Of a stretch of DNA of 64,000 nucleotides, positions 60,880 to 64,000 are shown one piece after another. The translations under genes were made by a program, and so were the position numbers. Numbering within the stretch: position 1 is the stretch's first letter; every line of letters begins with the position of its first letter. The stretch is taken from the IMG/VR virus record IMGVR_UViG_3300046318_000165, positions 1-64,000 of that record; one strand, 5' to 3'. The notes below the pieces were generated by a model, which saw nothing but the letters and a program-made list of their open reading frames with translations, ran no database searches and was not told where the DNA came from. The stretch is from a virus.

Positions 60880-61260
60880 ATGAAACCAATCGGAAAAGTA
60901 ATGAAGGGTCAAATTGGAACGACTCGTATGCAGGTTGTTGAAGAACCTTTTTCAAATGCTGGCATCTATGTCTGGCAATTACCATCAGGAAAATACTTTA
61001 CAGATGGTGAGGGTAATGCCCTTAGCATTGAGTCAATGAAAGACGACCCTGCTAAAATCAAAGAACTTACACAAGCAGCAGCCTACTATGGACAACCAGA
61101 TGGACAAGCAGTATTCTTTTCAAATGTTAAAAAGATTTCTGACGAAGAACACAGTGAACAACTTGACCGTATGAAGCAAGGACTCATTCCATCAATGAAT
61201 GACCTTGGTGCTTTGATTGCTGCTAAGAAAACACAGGAGGTATGGGGTAACGATGAATAA
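60880..61260 (+). CDS. Hypothetical protein upstream of portal
   Basis: 126-aa ORF with TGGTATACT promoter. Confidence 0.65.
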   Translation: MKPIGKVMKGQIGTTRMQVVEEPFSNAGIYVWQLPSGKYFTDGEGNALSIESMKDDPAKIKELTQAAAYYGQPDGQAVFFSNVKKISDEEHSEQLDRMKQGLIPSMNDLGALIAAKKTQEVWGNDE

Positions 61261-62875
61261 CGAAATTAACAAAATTCCTATCCCAATTAAGGATGATTCT
61301 TCATACCTTGTAGACCAATTGCAAGAACAGGCAAATGCTTACAAGGCTATGGACCCATTTAATAAATCATGGGATGATGTAAAAGGACTGGCTGGACTAG
61401 ACTTAAACTTTAAGCGTAGAACTCAAAGAATAGCCAAGAACGTTGCCACAGATGCATACCTAGAATCAGCAGGTGCTGTTCAGATGGGTATTGGAGATGC
61501 AAAATCAAAGGAGATCAATCCTGGTGCAATCTATAGAAATGCCTATGGTCTATTTGATGTTATTACCCCACCATACAACTTATACGAACTTGCAAATTAT
61601 TATGACACTTCATTTGCCAACCACGCAGCTATTGATGCAAAGGTAGAAAACACAGTTGGTCTTGGCTATGACTTTATTGTTTCTGACAGAACAGTTCTAA
61701 AACTTGAAATGACTGAGAGTGCAGAAGCTGTTGATCGTGCTCGCAAGCGTATCGAAAGACTTAAGATTCAACTCCGTGATTGGCTAGAAAGTCTAAACCA
61801 AGATGAAAGTTTTACCAGCATTCTTGAGAAGGTGTTTACAGACGCACACGCAACTGGAAATGGCTACATTGAAATTGGTAGAACAGTAACTGGAGAGATT
61901 GGTTACGTTGGTCACATTCCATCAACAACAATGCGTATTCGCCGTCTTCGTGATGGATATGTTCAGATTGTTGGAAACAAGGTTGTGTACTTCCGTAACT
62001 TTGGGGCAAATAATCCAAATACAATTACTGATGATCCACGTCCAAATGAGATTATCCACGTTAAGGAATACTCTCCACTAAATACCTTCTATGGTGTTCC
62101 AGACGTTATCTCTGCTATGCCATCACTACTTGGCGATGCACTAGCAGCACAGTTTAATATTGACTATTTCCAGAACAAGGCTGTTCCTCGTTACATTGTA
62201 ACTCTTAAGGGTGCATCTTTATCATCTGAAGCAGAAGATAAACTATTTAGATTCCTACAATCAGGACTAAAGGGACAGAACCACAGAACACTTTATATCC
62301 CACTCCCTGGAGATTCAGAAGGAAATAAGGTAGAATTCAAAATGGAACCAATTGAGAATGGAGTACAAGAAGGCTCATTCTCTGAATACCGTAAGCAGAA
62401 TCGTGACGACATTCTTGTTGCTCACCAGGTTCCACTTTCAAAGCTTGGTGGCTCTGACTCTTCTCAAATTGCTGCATCTCTTGCTCAAGACCGCACTTTT
62501 AAAGAGCAGGTTGCAAGACCAGCACAGCGTAATCTTGAGAAGATTCTTAATAAGATTATTCGTGAAAAGACAGACATCCTAGAATTTAAGTTTAATGAAC
62601 TTACTCTTACAGATGAAGTTGCTCAATCACAGATTCTAGAGCGTCTAATTAGAAACAAGATTATTGTTCCTAATGAAGCTAGAAATGAACTTGGATTACC
62701 AGATCGTCCAGATGGAGATACTCCAGTTGAACTAACTGCAAGAGCAGCAGCAGATGCTTCTGCTAATACTCGTCAGGGTAGAACCAGAGATGCTGAAAGA
62801 ACAGCAGGACAGTCTGATGGAGAAGCTACCACTACAGGTAGAAATCCCAAGGGAGAGGGTAGGTCCACTCAATAG
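61253..62875 (+). CDS. Portal protein
   Basis: TGNGYIE, EIIH..FYGVP, YFQN.AVP, AHQVP, PNEAR..LGLP. Confidence 0.9.
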   Translation: MNNEINKIPIPIKDDSSYLVDQLQEQANAYKAMDPFNKSWDDVKGLAGLDLNFKRRTQRIAKNVATDAYLESAGAVQMGIGDAKSKEINPGAIYRNAYGLFDVITPPYNLYELANYYDTSFANHAAIDAKVENTVGLGYDFIVSDRTVLKLEMTESAEAVDRARKRIERLKIQLRDWLESLNQDESFTSILEKVFTDAHATGNGYIEIGRTVTGEIGYVGHIPSTTMRIRRLRDGYVQIVGNKVVYFRNFGANNPNTITDDPRPNEIIHVKEYSPLNTFYGVPDVISAMPSLLGDALAAQFNIDYFQNKAVPRYIVTLKGASLSSEAEDKLFRFLQSGLKGQNHRTLYIPLPGDSEGNKVEFKMEPIENGVQEGSFSEYRKQNRDDILVAHQVPLSKLGGSDSSQIAASLAQDRTFKEQVARPAQRNLEKILNKIIREKTDILEFKFNELTLTDEVAQSQILERLIRNKIIVPNEARNELGLPDRPDGDTPVELTARAAADASANTRQGRTRDAERTAGQSDGEATTTGRNPKGEGRSTQ

Positions 62876-62929
62876 TGTGATATAATAATCTATACACATT
62901 TTTAAAAAGGGACCTATAATTAAACTAAC

Positions 62930-64000
62930 ATGACTATATCTAAAGCATTCTTTGACACAAATGGAGACAACGTTCGTCTGTCAATGCCTTTTAGCAAGGT
63001 AGACAAGGAAAGACGTATTGTCTCAGGCTTTGCAACACTTGATAATGTTGACAAGCAAATGGATATCGTTACCCCAGAAGCTTCACTAAAGGCTTTCTCA
63101 AATTTCCGTGGTAACATTCGTGAAATGCACCAGAACATTGCTGTTGGCAAGATGGTTTCATTTAAAGAAGAAAAATATTTTGATCCAGAAACAAAGAAGT
63201 TCTATTCTGGAGTTTACGTCTCAGCATATGTATCTAAGGGTGCACAGGACTGCTGGGAAAAGGTTCTAGATGGAACCTATTCAGGTTTCTCTATCGGTGG
63301 TAGAATGAAGGACTGGGAAAACGCATATAGCGAGAAGCTAGATTCTGATATTCGTATTATCAAGGAATATGACCTACTAGAACTTTCTCTGGTTGATACC
63401 CCAGCAAATCAGTTTGCAAACATCCTTTCAATTGAAAAGGTAGACGGAGTAAATACTGTTGTTGGTCAAGACACAGTTATCGAAAACGTGTTCTGGGACA
63501 AGGAATCAGGGGTAGTCATTCTTTCAGAAAATGAAACTGAAAAGAGTCCACTTAGCGGAATCCCTATGCAAAACATTGGCTTTGTAGAAAAGTCAGATGA
63601 TGAAAAAGCAGATTTAATAAAGTTCTTGGTTGATAGTGCTAAAGGCATTAATACAATTGAGATTAAAAAGGAGAATGATAACATGACAGATGAGATTGTT
63701 AACGATGTTCCTGCAGAAAATCCTGTAGAGGACGTAGCTGTTGAAATCGCTCCAGAGGCAGATGCCACAATTGAACCTACCGTAGATGTAGAGAAGGCTG
63801 TAAAGCCTGAAGTCGAACCAGTGACTCCTGAAGAGGATGCCGTTGAAGACGCTACAGAAGAGGTAGACGATGAAGAAATTACAGCTAAGTCAGATACTGT
63901 TACTGTTGAGGCAGTTACAGAACTCAAAGATGCTGTTACATCAGCCTTTAGCGAACTTACAGCACTAGTTAAGTCACTAAATGACGAACTAGTAAATGTA
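62930..64000 (+). CDS. HK97-type prohead protease with acidic scaffold-like tail (runs off window; not in ORF track)
   Basis: RRIVSGFAT..VDKQMDIV, IREMH, GFSIGG, ELSLVDTPAN. Confidence 0.85.
   Translation, partial: MTISKAFFDTNGDNVRLSMPFSKVDKERRIVSGFATLDNVDKQMDIVTPEASLKAFSNFRGNIREMHQNIAVGKMVSFKEEKYFDPETKKFYSGVYVSAYVSKGAQDCWEKVLDGTYSGFSIGGRMKDWENAYSEKLDSDIRIIKEYDLLELSLVDTPANQFANILSIEKVDGVNTVVGQDTVIENVFWDKESGVVILSENETEKSPLSGIPMQNIGFVEKSDDEKADLIKFLVDSAKGINTIEIKKENDNMTDEIVNDVPAENPVEDVAVEIAPEADATIEPTVDVEKAVKPEVEPVTPEEDAVEDATEEVDDEEITAKSDTVTVEAVTELKDAVTSAFSELTALVKSLNDELVNV

Noticed and set aside
1-64000. Stop-codon reassignment
   Set aside because: Conserved genes are full length in the standard code and no suppressor tRNA is present.

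Overview
64 kb of a large lytic tailed phage infecting an actinobacterium (WhiB, FmdB-type Zn ribbon, ThyX, class II NrdJ, DnaE, actinobacterial regulatory motifs). Layout: 1-8 kb replication/recombination genes and terminase; 9-10.5 kb and 24 kb tRNA clusters (8 tRNAs) with intervening structured RNAs and a LAGLIDADG endonuclease; 10.5-32 kb accessory and auxiliary genes (M23 peptidase, deaminase, WhiB, glycosyltransferases, Hsp20, Dps, thioredoxin, PstS, GroES, ThyX, dNMP kinase); 32-32.8 kb AT-rich non-coding DNA with DnaA boxes; 32.8-47.5 kb a minus-strand block of small, probably early, genes; 48.5-64 kb virion genes, NrdJ, portal and prohead protease. Main finding: the 33.3-47.5 kb block carries 32 copies (26 exact) of TGTCGG-N10-TAnnnT with an invariant 10-nt spacer. 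This is the actinobacterial PafBC-dependent (RecA-NDp) DNA-damage promoter, suggesting that the phage drives this gene block from the host's PafBC response. The same block contains repeated spacer modules with LexA-like, DnaA and MtrA-like boxes, two tRNA-like RNAs with an expanded anticodon loop, and three covarying 3'-UTR pseudoknots. All motifs were found by eye; coordinates may be off by 1-2 nt and no database searches were run.
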